Assembly (NCBI GenBank): GCA_040755855.1
Contig: JBFMAD010000007.1
Location: forward strand, 96,001-160,000
Direction of reading: 5' to 3'
Origin: Planctomycetota bacterium
GTDB lineage: Bacteria; Planctomycetota; Brocadiia; JAADGH01
Length of the DNA: 64,000 nucleotides
The notes beneath the pieces are model-generated. The model worked only from the letters and a program-made list of their open reading frames with translations, made no database searches and was not told the DNA's origin. Positions 45,609 to 54,892 of this stretch are shown piece after piece (position 1 is the stretch's first letter; every line of letters starts with the position of its first letter). The translations under genes and the position numbers were made by a program.

Positions 45609-47867
45609 TCACGACGCCGGCGCGATCCGGAAGACCGGCATCACGATCGGCTCGTGCGATCGCTGGCCATAGCTGGCGGAAATCTTCGGCACGCGGACGT
45701 TGCGGATGCGAAGGCCCTTCGGCAGTTGGTCTACCTCGACCTTCGCGCCGGTCGGCCGGCCGGTCATCTCGTCCACGGCCTCGACGCGGCCGGTGAATGT
45801 AATGTCGAGATCGACCGATTCGAGGTAGGTTCCCTCCGCCTTCCGCGTGAAGGCCGTCACATAGACGACGCCGTTTGGCTTGCGGAACACGATGGGCACG
45901 ACGCCATCGTCGCGTTCCATATCCTTGAGGGTATTGACTTTACGACCGTCGGCGGCGAGGACTTCGGCGTCGAAAAGTTCTTTCAGAAAAGCGAATGTCT
46001 CTCGGTCCTTGAGACGACTGAGGAAGTCCTCCGCCTCCGCCTCCGGCGGCCATGCCCCGCAGGCGACCATGGTCAAACCCTGGTGGGTTGTGTAATCCAT
46101 CCGCCATCGGAACGGCTGTGTCGCGTTCCACGTCAGTGACCGCTCGCTGTTCGGGGCGAAGTCGTCGAGCGGGCGCGTCTCGCCGTTGATGGTCAGGCGG
46201 CAGTCGCGCGCCGAGTAGTCCCGGCGGTATCGGATGCGAAGCCCGCCATCGGTCGGGGCAATCTCAAAGTCCCGCCACAGATGCCACAGTTCCCAGCAGG
46301 CGAGTTTGGGTTTGCGGTCGAAGGTCATGATGCCGAAGTTGGTGAAGCCTTTGTCCCAGGAATCAACATTGACCTTCGAGTAATCGTAGTCGTAGAAACA
46401 ATAATTCGTCCCGCCGATGGTCCCGGCGGTCAAGTAAGTGTTCCACCGGTTCGGGTAGTTCCAGGCATGGATTTTTTCGAGGATCGGCGTGTTCGGCCCG
46501 CGCAGGTAGCCTTGCGGCATGTAAACATTCGCGCCGAATTCTGTGTGGAGGTAGGGCCGCTTATCGCAGCCCTGAAACTTGATGAACTCCTCGATGGGCG
46601 GCCAGTTGCGGTCCTTGTCCAGATAGGTGTTGTGTAGGTAAATGGGCAGGAAGTCCGGAGTGCGATAGTGCAGGCAGCAGTTCGAGTAGCCGTCGGGTAT
46701 CATCGGGTCGAGCGGTTTGAGAATGTTGTGGCAGAGGGCAAGAAGGTAGTCGAGCCGGTCGAATGCCTTGAGTCCCATCCGCCCGCCCCAGGCATCAAGG
46801 CCCATGACCTGCTCGTTGGCGTGTTGGATAATCAGTGCCCTGGGATTTTTCACCGCCTCGCGGCATCGGTCCTCGAAACCGTCGAGGTATTGCTTCAGTC
46901 CCTTCTGGAACTCCGCATCGTTCTCCGCCTTCTCGCAAAAGCGTCCCGGCCCGATCCCGACCATGACGATGCCCGTGAAGCCGTACCTGTCGAGGTATTC
47001 GAGGTTCTTGCTTCTGATGCGGATTGTGTTGGCGCAGAGCGACTTGAGGTACTCCCCGTCGGCGTCGTTCAGGTCGCGCGGCAGCGAACCCTTGACGAGA
47101 TACGGCTCGCCGTTGACATAGAGTTTCACGCCGCGCGTCTCGACGAGCGTGGTCGGCGCGTCAAGCGTCGTCTCCCCGCCGGGCCACGCGATCCGAATCT
47201 TCACCATGCCGATGCGCGGACGGAGGGAGAGCCATCGGGAGATATTTCCTTTTTGCGAAAGAATCTGGACGTAGAGTATGCCGTCGTTCTTCGACACGCG
47301 CCGCGCCCACAGATCCCCGTCGGGTTTCCCGTTCAGCCTGATCGTCACCGGCTCGACCCGCTCCCAGTAGCCATCAGGGATAGGCGTAACATCCGCTGGC
47401 CCAGGCGGTTGGAACATGGCGGGCAACGGTATCGAGTGCGGTACCTTCGGCCCGCGTGCGGGGTTGCCGCGACCGAGGATGAGGAACCGGTCCGCCCCTT
47501 TGATGGGCATTTGCACGTCCTGGTCGGGCGGGAAGTCCGCCCAGCGCAGGTCCCGCTCGCCGACGAGCGTGCGAAAATGGAAGACAGTCTCCGGTGTGAC
47601 ATCGGCCTTCACATGGATGCCGTCCATGACGCCGCCTGTTCCCGATCGCCACGCGGCGCGGCGTTCGTCGGCGCCCTCCCACTTGTCGCCGTACTGCTCC
47701 TCGAAGCTGTACGGTTTGACATCGAGGAACTTTCCATTCTCGATCTTCAGTCTGCCGTTCCACTGCCCCTGAATCCCCCACAAGATGAAGAACTCGACCT
47801 CCTCTGCATGAGCCGCGAGAGGGACGGCGAGCAATGCGAGAAAGATAAAGCGCAGCAATGCGTTCAT
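45609..47867 (-). CDS. Secreted clan GH-A (GH2-like) glycoside hydrolase with unknown flanking domains
   Basis: Signal peptide ending AHA-E; LYVNGEPY.VKG, ANTIR, HANE (acid/base), HTEFG (nucleophile), FGIMTFDRKPK. Confidence 0.7.
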   Translation of the reverse strand: MNALLRFIFLALLAVPLAAHAEEVEFFILWGIQGQWNGRLKIENGKFLDVKPYSFEEQYGDKWEGADERRAAWRSGTGGVMDGIHVKADVTPETVFHFRTLVGERDLRWADFPPDQDVQMPIKGADRFLILGRGNPARGPKVPHSIPLPAMFQPPGPADVTPIPDGYWERVEPVTIRLNGKPDGDLWARRVSKNDGILYVQILSQKGNISRWLSLRPRIGMVKIRIAWPGGETTLDAPTTLVETRGVKLYVNGEPYLVKGSLPRDLNDADGEYLKSLCANTIRIRSKNLEYLDRYGFTGIVMVGIGPGRFCEKAENDAEFQKGLKQYLDGFEDRCREAVKNPRALIIQHANEQVMGLDAWGGRMGLKAFDRLDYLLALCHNILKPLDPMIPDGYSNCCLHYRTPDFLPIYLHNTYLDKDRNWPPIEEFIKFQGCDKRPYLHTEFGANVYMPQGYLRGPNTPILEKIHAWNYPNRWNTYLTAGTIGGTNYCFYDYDYSKVNVDSWDKGFTNFGIMTFDRKPKLACWELWHLWRDFEIAPTDGGLRIRYRRDYSARDCRLTINGETRPLDDFAPNSERSLTWNATQPFRWRMDYTTHQGLTMVACGAWPPEAEAEDFLSRLKDRETFAFLKELFDAEVLAADGRKVNTLKDMERDDGVVPIVFRKPNGVVYVTAFTRKAEGTYLESVDLDITFTGRVEAVDEMTGRPTGAKVEVDQLPKGLRIRNVRVPKISASYGQRSHEPIVMPVFRIAPAS

Positions 47868-47880
47868 GGCATACCTCGAC

Positions 47881-50800
47881 CTATGGTTTCACGACATTGA
47901 GAAGAACAACACAATCCGACATGACTTCGACAGGAATGCCTTTGCACAGGTGCGATCCTTCGCCGGAGAAAACGGCATCGTTTGTAACCGCGTCACGAAG
48001 GGCGATCTTCGCATCGGGCTTCAGATTGAATATCGCCGGATCGCACGCGAGCGTCGCCGTCGCCTTCTCCGCACCGGAGTTGAGAAGAGCAATCAGGCTG
48101 GCCGACGGATAGGCATAGACGAAAATATCATTCGCCCCGGCGATATCAAGTTTGCCGAAACGGTACTCCGCCTTCGCCGCCCAGAAGATGGCCCGCCGGA
48201 ACAGGCGGTAGAAATCGTACCCCTGCGAGTAGGATGCGAAGTAGATGCACCGTCCCTCCCCCACCTGCCTTGCCACGACGCCGGGGGACATCTTCCCATC
48301 CTTGTCGGAAGCGGCGAATAGAGAGACCGCGCCCTCTGCTGTGGCTGCCACGCGGGTCGGGGGGACCATACCGACCAGATGGGCCGGCTGGCCTTCCGAG
48401 ATCCAGTGCGCCGCCTTCGTCTTGCTCAGTCGGGCCGTCGGCTTCTCCTCCTCCGGCGCCTGCAGTGCGGTGTCGGCCAACATGGATTGATCGAAAAGGT
48501 CGGGCTTGAACTCGGCCGCCCCTTCGGCGACGACCCCGATCAGATCGTTTAGCGCCCATTGAGGTTTCGGCTCGTCGCAGTGCGACGGCGACTCCATGCC
48601 GATGAACCCGCCGCCCTTCCGGACGAATGCCTCGATGGCGGCCTTGAGCTCCGGCGACTTCCAGAAATGCCCGCCGCTCCATGAGCTATTCGGTTGTCCG
48701 TAGTTGAGGAGGACATGAGCATCTGCCGGCACACCGTTCTTCGCAATCTCGCCAAGGCTGATGAACTTGACGTTGATCGGGAGGTCGGTCAGCGGCTCCA
48801 GCCGCGCCGCTCCCCACGGCCGCCAGGAATAGACTTTGCCCCAACTATTGATGACGTAAAGTGTTATGTCATGGTTGAACGCTCGTTTTCCATTCAAGTA
48901 ACGGCCCAGGAGCATAAACTCGTCGCTGATTTCGGCGATGGTCTCGACGTCGTCCTCCTGGATCGCCTTGTCGCCGACCGTGGCTACGCAGTCGAACGGC
49001 ATCCAGTAGATCGCGCTGGGGAAGTCCATGAGCAGTCCGCGCCTCGCCCCGCGCCAGCACTTCGCCAGGTTATCGCCGCACTTCGCGGTCGGGACGAGGT
49101 GGTCGTAGAGCCACTGCACGCGCAACCGGCGATAGACATTCTCGCCGGGGAAGTCCACGAGGGCGCGGGCGGTGACCGGATCGCTGCACGGCTTGTCGAT
49201 CTGTTCGACCTTGCCCGCGGCGAGGCCGCCCAGGAACGGCTCGATGCCGACGTGGCAGTCGCCCCAGTAGAGCCACGACTTCATGCTGTGTTTGCGGACG
49301 AGGTCCGTCGGCTTCACCATCCACTTCTCCACGCGCGCCCGGACCCACCCCATCCAGGCGAGGTAGCGCGGATCGGGGGCGACCTCGATCGTCTTCGGCG
49401 GCATGACGAGCCACTCCGGGTCGAAGGCGATTCCCGTCTCTTCGGTGAAGAGCTTCTGGTTCTCGGGCCGGGCGGCCAGGGAGTACGACTCCCAGTCCCA
49501 CGCCCCCTGCGGCGTCGGGCCGGGGTAGGCGAAGCCGAGGTCGTCGAACCAATAGACCTGGAGACGCCCCGCCGCGGGCTTGAGGACCGATTCCAGGTTC
49601 TCCAGCGCCCGCTTCTCGAAGGGGGGAAACAGCGGATCGCCGACTCCGATATTCGTGAACATGAAATAGACCAGATACGAGTGGCCGGGCACAGCGTTGG
49701 TGATAGTGACCGTGCATGTCTTCTTGTCGTACGACCATTCGGGCTTCACGTTCCGGTCATCAACGTCAATCACCTTCCAATGGTCCTTCGGTTCGTGGAA
49801 GTCGTCGATGTGTGTGTGCCCGCCCCATGATGGGGAGACGATCTTGACGTCGAGTTTCGGCTGCTCCGCCTTCGCCGGATCCATTCGCCAGAAACCGTAC
49901 TGCCGCTGTTCGGGGTGGTCCTTCAGCCACGAAGCGTCGTGGATGGGGATGCCGCAGAGCGCGGCGGTGAGGTAGCCTTTCTTGCGCCACGTGTCGTACG
50001 TCGCCGGGTCGGTCTGCTCCGCGCTGCCTACCAGCTCGTTCGCGCCGATGCGCTCGGCCCAGGGGAAGGCTCCCTCGGCCTCATCGCGCCAGCTCATCGT
50101 CACGCGGATGTCCTTGTCGCTTTTACCCGACCGAACATGCCGTCGTATTGCTGCGCGATATGTTGTCTCGCCCGATTGAAGCGCATGGGCGATGCGCTCA
50201 GCCGCCTTGAGATGGCCCTCAACGGCTGCGAAGTCGCGCTGGCCGATCAACTGCTCGATCCTGTCAATGAACAGGGCGAGGCCCTTGACGCGCGCGGCCA
50301 TATCGGGCATATCTCTTGTGGCGTCAATGAGTTGCTTCATGGCAGTCAGGCGGATTTTTACCACTTCAACCGTCTTTCCGGCGAAGGCCACGCCCTTGCT
50401 CGCCGTCGCGAGGGAGGCGCCGTCGGCCGTGAGGAACGTCACTTCCACGGCTCCTTTCGCCTCCGGGAGGACCGATGCGTCGGCGATCGGCCGACCAAGT
50501 TCAGCGCGCGGGATCGTTTTCTCGAACACGCTCTCCCGCCCGGCGCGAACGACTATCGTCGCGCTCTGGACCGCATCGGGTAGAGACTCGACATCGAGGG
50601 CAAGCTGGAGCTGTTCGCCCGGCAGATAACTCCGTTGGGTGACGATCGGGCGGAACTCGCGGATGCAGTCGGAGATACGAATCTCGTCAATCCATCCCTC
50701 GAAGAACTTGCTCCACCCATCGTGCGCGCCGAAAGAGCCGCCGCCCCCTTTGGGATAGTCGCCCTCGTCCTTGTGCGCCGTCTCGCCGGCGAATTGGCCG

Positions 50801-51324
50801 TTGACGTAGATCCTGGCGACGCGGTTCTTGTCGTGCGTCAGCGCGACGTGGTTCCACTGTCCGCGGCGGATCGGGATATTCGCCATCGAAGAATATCGGA
50901 TCGGGAATGACGCGGCGCGGTAGCCGAACGTCGCCGTCCGCTGGCCGGGCGTGATGTGGAGGTAGAAACGTGTGCCGATGGAGATGAGACCGGCATCATC
51001 GTTTGTGGCCGGCTTGCACCAGAGCTCGACGGTGAACTCCTGGTCGTTCTTCAGGAGGAAGGCGTCGTTCTTGCTGAGCCGGAGCACGGCGCCGTGGCCG
51101 TTCAACTTTGCCCCTTTGCCGAAGCGGCCGGCGTCGTGCGCCGCGTCCTTTTGGAACGTGATACTGATCTCGGGCTTGGCGGCGCTGCGCTGCTCCTCCT
51201 CGTCGCCGTCGAGGTGAAACAGGGCAATCGTCTTGTCGTCGGGTTCATAAGGAAGGAACCAATTCTCCGCTGCGAAGATCGGACGGACACATAATAGAAG
51301 AAGGAACAGAACGAATCGTTTCAT
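47881..51324 (-). CDS. Secreted LamG + GH112 (galactosyl-N-acetylhexosamine phosphorylase-like) protein
   Basis: Signal peptide MKRFVLFLLLLCVRPIFA; LamG motifs (FTVELW, WNHVA, IDEIRIS); GH112-like PKDHWKVID, HSYLVYFM, YWGDCHVGIEP, INSWGK, SSWSGGHFW, FVRKGGGFIG. Confidence 0.75.
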   Translation of the reverse strand: MKRFVLFLLLLCVRPIFAAENWFLPYEPDDKTIALFHLDGDEEEQRSAAKPEISITFQKDAAHDAGRFGKGAKLNGHGAVLRLSKNDAFLLKNDQEFTVELWCKPATNDDAGLISIGTRFYLHITPGQRTATFGYRAASFPIRYSSMANIPIRRGQWNHVALTHDKNRVARIYVNGQFAGETAHKDEGDYPKGGGGSFGAHDGWSKFFEGWIDEIRISDCIREFRPIVTQRSYLPGEQLQLALDVESLPDAVQSATIVVRAGRESVFEKTIPRAELGRPIADASVLPEAKGAVEVTFLTADGASLATASKGVAFAGKTVEVVKIRLTAMKQLIDATRDMPDMAARVKGLALFIDRIEQLIGQRDFAAVEGHLKAAERIAHALQSGETTYRAAIRRHVRSGKSDKDIRVTMSWRDEAEGAFPWAERIGANELVGSAEQTDPATYDTWRKKGYLTAALCGIPIHDASWLKDHPEQRQYGFWRMDPAKAEQPKLDVKIVSPSWGGHTHIDDFHEPKDHWKVIDVDDRNVKPEWSYDKKTCTVTITNAVPGHSYLVYFMFTNIGVGDPLFPPFEKRALENLESVLKPAAGRLQVYWFDDLGFAYPGPTPQGAWDWESYSLAARPENQKLFTEETGIAFDPEWLVMPPKTIEVAPDPRYLAWMGWVRARVEKWMVKPTDLVRKHSMKSWLYWGDCHVGIEPFLGGLAAGKVEQIDKPCSDPVTARALVDFPGENVYRRLRVQWLYDHLVPTAKCGDNLAKCWRGARRGLLMDFPSAIYWMPFDCVATVGDKAIQEDDVETIAEISDEFMLLGRYLNGKRAFNHDITLYVINSWGKVYSWRPWGAARLEPLTDLPINVKFISLGEIAKNGVPADAHVLLNYGQPNSSWSGGHFWKSPELKAAIEAFVRKGGGFIGMESPSHCDEPKPQWALNDLIGVVAEGAAEFKPDLFDQSMLADTALQAPEEEKPTARLSKTKAAHWISEGQPAHLVGMVPPTRVAATAEGAVSLFAASDKDGKMSPGVVARQVGEGRCIYFASYSQGYDFYRLFRRAIFWAAKAEYRFGKLDIAGANDIFVYAYPSASLIALLNSGAEKATATLACDPAIFNLKPDAKIALRDAVTNDAVFSGEGSHLCKGIPVEVMSDCVVLLNVVKP

Positions 51325-51343
51325 GCTTGCGCTCCCATTACAC

Positions 51344-51371
51344 TTGCCATTCGACAACACTATAGTATAGT
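51344..51371 (+). promoter_or_regulatory. Sigma70-type promoter for the nitrilase-acylase pair
   Basis: TTGCCA-N16-TATAGT. Confidence 0.45.
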
Positions 51372-51423
51372 ATGTCCCGGCGTAATGATTGTAAAGTCCG
51401 CTTTTCGATCAAGGAGATTCATC

Positions 51424-52746
51424 ATGGCAGAGCGACGGTCAGAACTGAAACGCACAGGCGCGCGGCCCTGGTCGCCGCGTCCGCAGATTGCACCCACAAC
51501 CCGCCGCGACGGCAAGGAGTGGGTCGTCGCCAGCAACGGCAGCGCCGGGTGCTACGGAGGGTGGGAGGTCCTCTACCCCGCGCCGAAAGTCGGCGAGTGG
51601 GCGCGGATGCAGGTGAAGGCGCGATGGTCCGGCCTCGAACGGGGCTACGACTGCGTCAACGTCGCCATCATGTGGCTCGATGAGAAGGAGAACATGGTCG
51701 GCTGGGAGCCGATCCTGTCGTTGACGTTCGACGGCGCACACGTGATCTACGAGGGGCAGACGCCCGCCTGCAGCCGAGCGAAGACGCTGGCCGTGCGCCT
51801 GTTGATTGCCTGCTCGGCGACGGGGGAAATCCGTTGGTGCGAGCCGACGGTCGAGCGCATCCCCACACCGAAGCCGCGGAAGCTCCGCCTCGGCGCGGCG
51901 GGCGCGTCGCTGCCGCCGGGGAAGAGGACCGTCAGGAAGAACACGCAGTTCTACCTCCAGCTCTGCCGCGAGGCGGCGCATCAGAAGATCGACCTGCTCT
52001 GCCTGCCGGAGATCATGCTCCAATGGGGCATGAGGACCGACAACGAGACGCTGTCGAAGCTGGCTTTCAAGGTCCCCGGCAAGGAGATTGTTCCTTTCCA
52101 GGAGTTTGCCCGACAGAACAAGATGGCCCTGTGCTTCTCGGTGTTGGAGAAGAACAAGGAGCTGGTCCACAACATGGCTCTCCTCATCGACAAGCAGGGT
52201 GAGCTGGTTGGCGCATATCGCAAAGTCCATCTCGCCCAGCCATTGGAAATTTGGTGGGGCGTGACGCCTGGGAATGATTTCCCGGTGTATGAGCTCGGCA
52301 AGGATTGCGCGAGTGCGAAGGTCGGCATGAACATCTGCATGGACTCGTCGGCGCTGGAGTCGGTGCGTGTGCCCGCGCGCAAGGGGGCGGAGATCATCTG
52401 CCTGCCCATCATGGGCGACCACCGCGCCTCGACATGTTGGCACGGCGGCGTGCACGACTTCGACATTGACCGGTGGCAGATGATCCAGCGCGTCCGGGCT
52501 ATGGACAGCCACGTGCACATGGTCATCTCGCGCAACAGCGGCTACGGGACGGGCGTCTTCTCCCCGCGCGGCGAGACGCTCGCCATCAGCGGGGGAAGGC
52601 GCGTCGTCTTCGCCGACGTCGATCTCTCCGACCTCCCCCGCACGGGCCATGAATCTACCTTCAAGGGTGTGTGCTGGTATGAGCGTCGCGAGCCGACCTA
52701 CGCCCCCCTCTCCGGCGGGCTGTTGCCGGATCCCTTTGCAAAGTAA
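51424..52746 (+). CDS. Carbon-nitrogen hydrolase (nitrilase superfamily) with N-terminal beta-sandwich extension
   Basis: Catalytic triad motifs CLPEI, YRKVHL, NICMD; AAGGAG RBS. Confidence 0.88.
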   Translation: MAERRSELKRTGARPWSPRPQIAPTTRRDGKEWVVASNGSAGCYGGWEVLYPAPKVGEWARMQVKARWSGLERGYDCVNVAIMWLDEKENMVGWEPILSLTFDGAHVIYEGQTPACSRAKTLAVRLLIACSATGEIRWCEPTVERIPTPKPRKLRLGAAGASLPPGKRTVRKNTQFYLQLCREAAHQKIDLLCLPEIMLQWGMRTDNETLSKLAFKVPGKEIVPFQEFARQNKMALCFSVLEKNKELVHNMALLIDKQGELVGAYRKVHLAQPLEIWWGVTPGNDFPVYELGKDCASAKVGMNICMDSSALESVRVPARKGAEIICLPIMGDHRASTCWHGGVHDFDIDRWQMIQRVRAMDSHVHMVISRNSGYGTGVFSPRGETLAISGGRRVVFADVDLSDLPRTGHESTFKGVCWYERREPTYAPLSGGLLPDPFAK

Positions 52747-52761
52747 GTGAAAGGAAGCATC

Positions 52762-54777
52762 GTGCCCAGGGACTTCGGCAAGGTCACGATCTATCGCGAT
52801 GCGTACGGCGTGCCGCACATCTACGGCGAGACGGAGGAGGCGGCGCTCTTCGGCCAGGGCTACGCCGCCGCCGAGGACCGACTGCACACAATCCTCAAGG
52901 GCTACCTGAAGGTCGAGGGCCGCACCGCCGAGGTCTTCGGGCCGGACTGGGTGGACCACGACTTGCGGGTCCGCATGTCGAAGCACATCGAGATCAGCCG
53001 CGAGATGTATCCGACCCTCAGCGATGCGGGCCGCGCAGCCGTCGAGGCGTTCCTCGCCGGGATCAAGCGATACATGGCGGAGCATCCTGATGAAGTTCCC
53101 GAGTGGACCCCCGAGTTGCACCCCTGGCATGTGATCGGCATGTCGCGTTATGCGATCTGGAGCTGGCCGGTCCGCCAAGCCATGGCGAAGCTGGAGACAT
53201 TGAAGAAGGAGATAGACACAGGGCGTGGATCGAACTCGTGGGTCATCGGCCGGGAGCGCAGTGCGGAGGGCTGCCCCATCGGGCTGATTGACCCGCACGT
53301 GCCGTGGATGGACGAGTGGCTCTTTTTTGAGGTGCACCTGCACGGCGGCGACCTGAACGTCTTCGGCTTCAACGTCCCCGGCGCGCCGTACGTCGCCATC
53401 GGCCACAACGAGTTTGGGTATTGGACCTGCACGACCGGCGGTCCCGACTGCTCGGACGTTTACATCGAGGAATTGAACCCGAACAACCCGCGGCAGTATA
53501 TGTATGACGGCAAGTGGCGCGACTGCGAGATCCAGCACATCGAGGTCAAGGTGAAAACTCATGCCGGGACCGAGACAATCGTCCGCGATGTGCCGTGGAC
53601 GGGGCACGGGCCGATCGTCGCGGCGCATGGGAACCTTGGCGCGTCGGTGAAGCTATCGTATCTCCATGAGTGCCGGTTGCTCGAACAGTTCCGAGCCATG
53701 AACAAGGCGCGGGGCCTGGGCGAGTTCATCGCGGCCATGCGGATGCTCCAGCTCATGCCGCAGAACATTCTGTATGCCGACGTGCACGGGGATATGTATT
53801 ACGTGCGCAACGGTCGCGTCCCGATCCGGCCGGAGGGATTCGAGTTCAGCGCGCCCGTGCCGGGGGCGATCTCGGCGACGGAGTGGCTGGGCATCCATGA
53901 TTACGATGATCTGGTGCAAATCACGAACCCGCCGGCGGGGTTTATGCAGAACTGCAACGTCTCGCCCGGCGCGATGACCTTCGACAGCCCGGCGACGCCG
54001 GACAGGTACCCGTCCTATATCTACAACGCGGAGGCCGACGACACGAACTCGCGTGGCGACCGGTTCCTTTCGCTGATGAAGGAGAAGGACAAGATCACCC
54101 GCGAGGATGCTTTCGCAATTGCGAATGATATCTATTTTCACAATGCCGAAGAATACAAAAAGGCCATCGTCGCTGCGTGCGCGACCAACGCGCAGTTGTC
54201 CCCTGAGACAGTCCAGGCTGCCGAGATCATTCGCAACTGGGACGGCCGCGCGTCGGCGGAGAGTCCCGGCATGACTCTCATCCACTTTTGGTGCCGTGAA
54301 ATGGCCAAACGCGATGAAGGGCTGCTGAGCAAGGTCCAGGCGGGAGAGAATCAGGCCGACGCGGTCCGCTGTCTGGAAGGTGCGGTTGCGTATTTGAGGG
54401 AGACGTTCGGTCGAATCGCCGTGCCGTGGGGGGATGTGTTCCAGATGAAGCGCGGCGACAAGACTTGGCCGCTATCGGGCGTCGCTGAAAAGGGGCTGGT
54501 GACGCTCCGCGCCGTGGGCGGGCGCGAGGAGGACGACACGGGCCTGCTGACCGCCTACCGCGGGCAGACGGCGGTGGCGGTTGTGTTTCTAAATAATCCC
54601 GTAACATCTTACAGCGTCGTGCCTTACGGCCAGAGCGATAAGCCCGATAGCCCCCACTTCGACGACCAGGCCGAGCAGCTATTCTCCAAGCTCCGCCTCA
54701 AGCCGACATGGTTCCAGAAGTCGGATTTGATGAAGAACCTGGAGTCGGAACGGACACTCGAGACCCACATGCCTTAG
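52762..54777 (+). CDS. Penicillin-acylase-family Ntn hydrolase (no signal peptide)
   Basis: IYRDAYGVPHIYG, GYAAAEDRL, GSNSWVI autocleavage Ser, HGP, NILYAD, YGQS..PDSPHF.DQ. Confidence 0.92.
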   Translation: MPRDFGKVTIYRDAYGVPHIYGETEEAALFGQGYAAAEDRLHTILKGYLKVEGRTAEVFGPDWVDHDLRVRMSKHIEISREMYPTLSDAGRAAVEAFLAGIKRYMAEHPDEVPEWTPELHPWHVIGMSRYAIWSWPVRQAMAKLETLKKEIDTGRGSNSWVIGRERSAEGCPIGLIDPHVPWMDEWLFFEVHLHGGDLNVFGFNVPGAPYVAIGHNEFGYWTCTTGGPDCSDVYIEELNPNNPRQYMYDGKWRDCEIQHIEVKVKTHAGTETIVRDVPWTGHGPIVAAHGNLGASVKLSYLHECRLLEQFRAMNKARGLGEFIAAMRMLQLMPQNILYADVHGDMYYVRNGRVPIRPEGFEFSAPVPGAISATEWLGIHDYDDLVQITNPPAGFMQNCNVSPGAMTFDSPATPDRYPSYIYNAEADDTNSRGDRFLSLMKEKDKITREDAFAIANDIYFHNAEEYKKAIVAACATNAQLSPETVQAAEIIRNWDGRASAESPGMTLIHFWCREMAKRDEGLLSKVQAGENQADAVRCLEGAVAYLRETFGRIAVPWGDVFQMKRGDKTWPLSGVAEKGLVTLRAVGGREEDDTGLLTAYRGQTAVAVVFLNNPVTSYSVVPYGQSDKPDSPHFDDQAEQLFSKLRLKPTWFQKSDLMKNLESERTLETHMP

Positions 54778-54818
54778 CTTCTTGAGCAGAATGAGCGGCG
54801 CGCTTTCACTTCACAGCC

Positions 54819-54847
54819 TTGCCAGCGCCACACGTTCTTGGTACAAT
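54819..54847 (+). promoter_or_regulatory. Sigma70-type promoter
   Basis: TTGCCA-N17-TACAAT with extended TG. Confidence 0.55.
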
Positions 54848-54892
54848 GTTCTGCGCGTCCGGTTCGATGGACCAGAGTAGGGAAACGAGACT

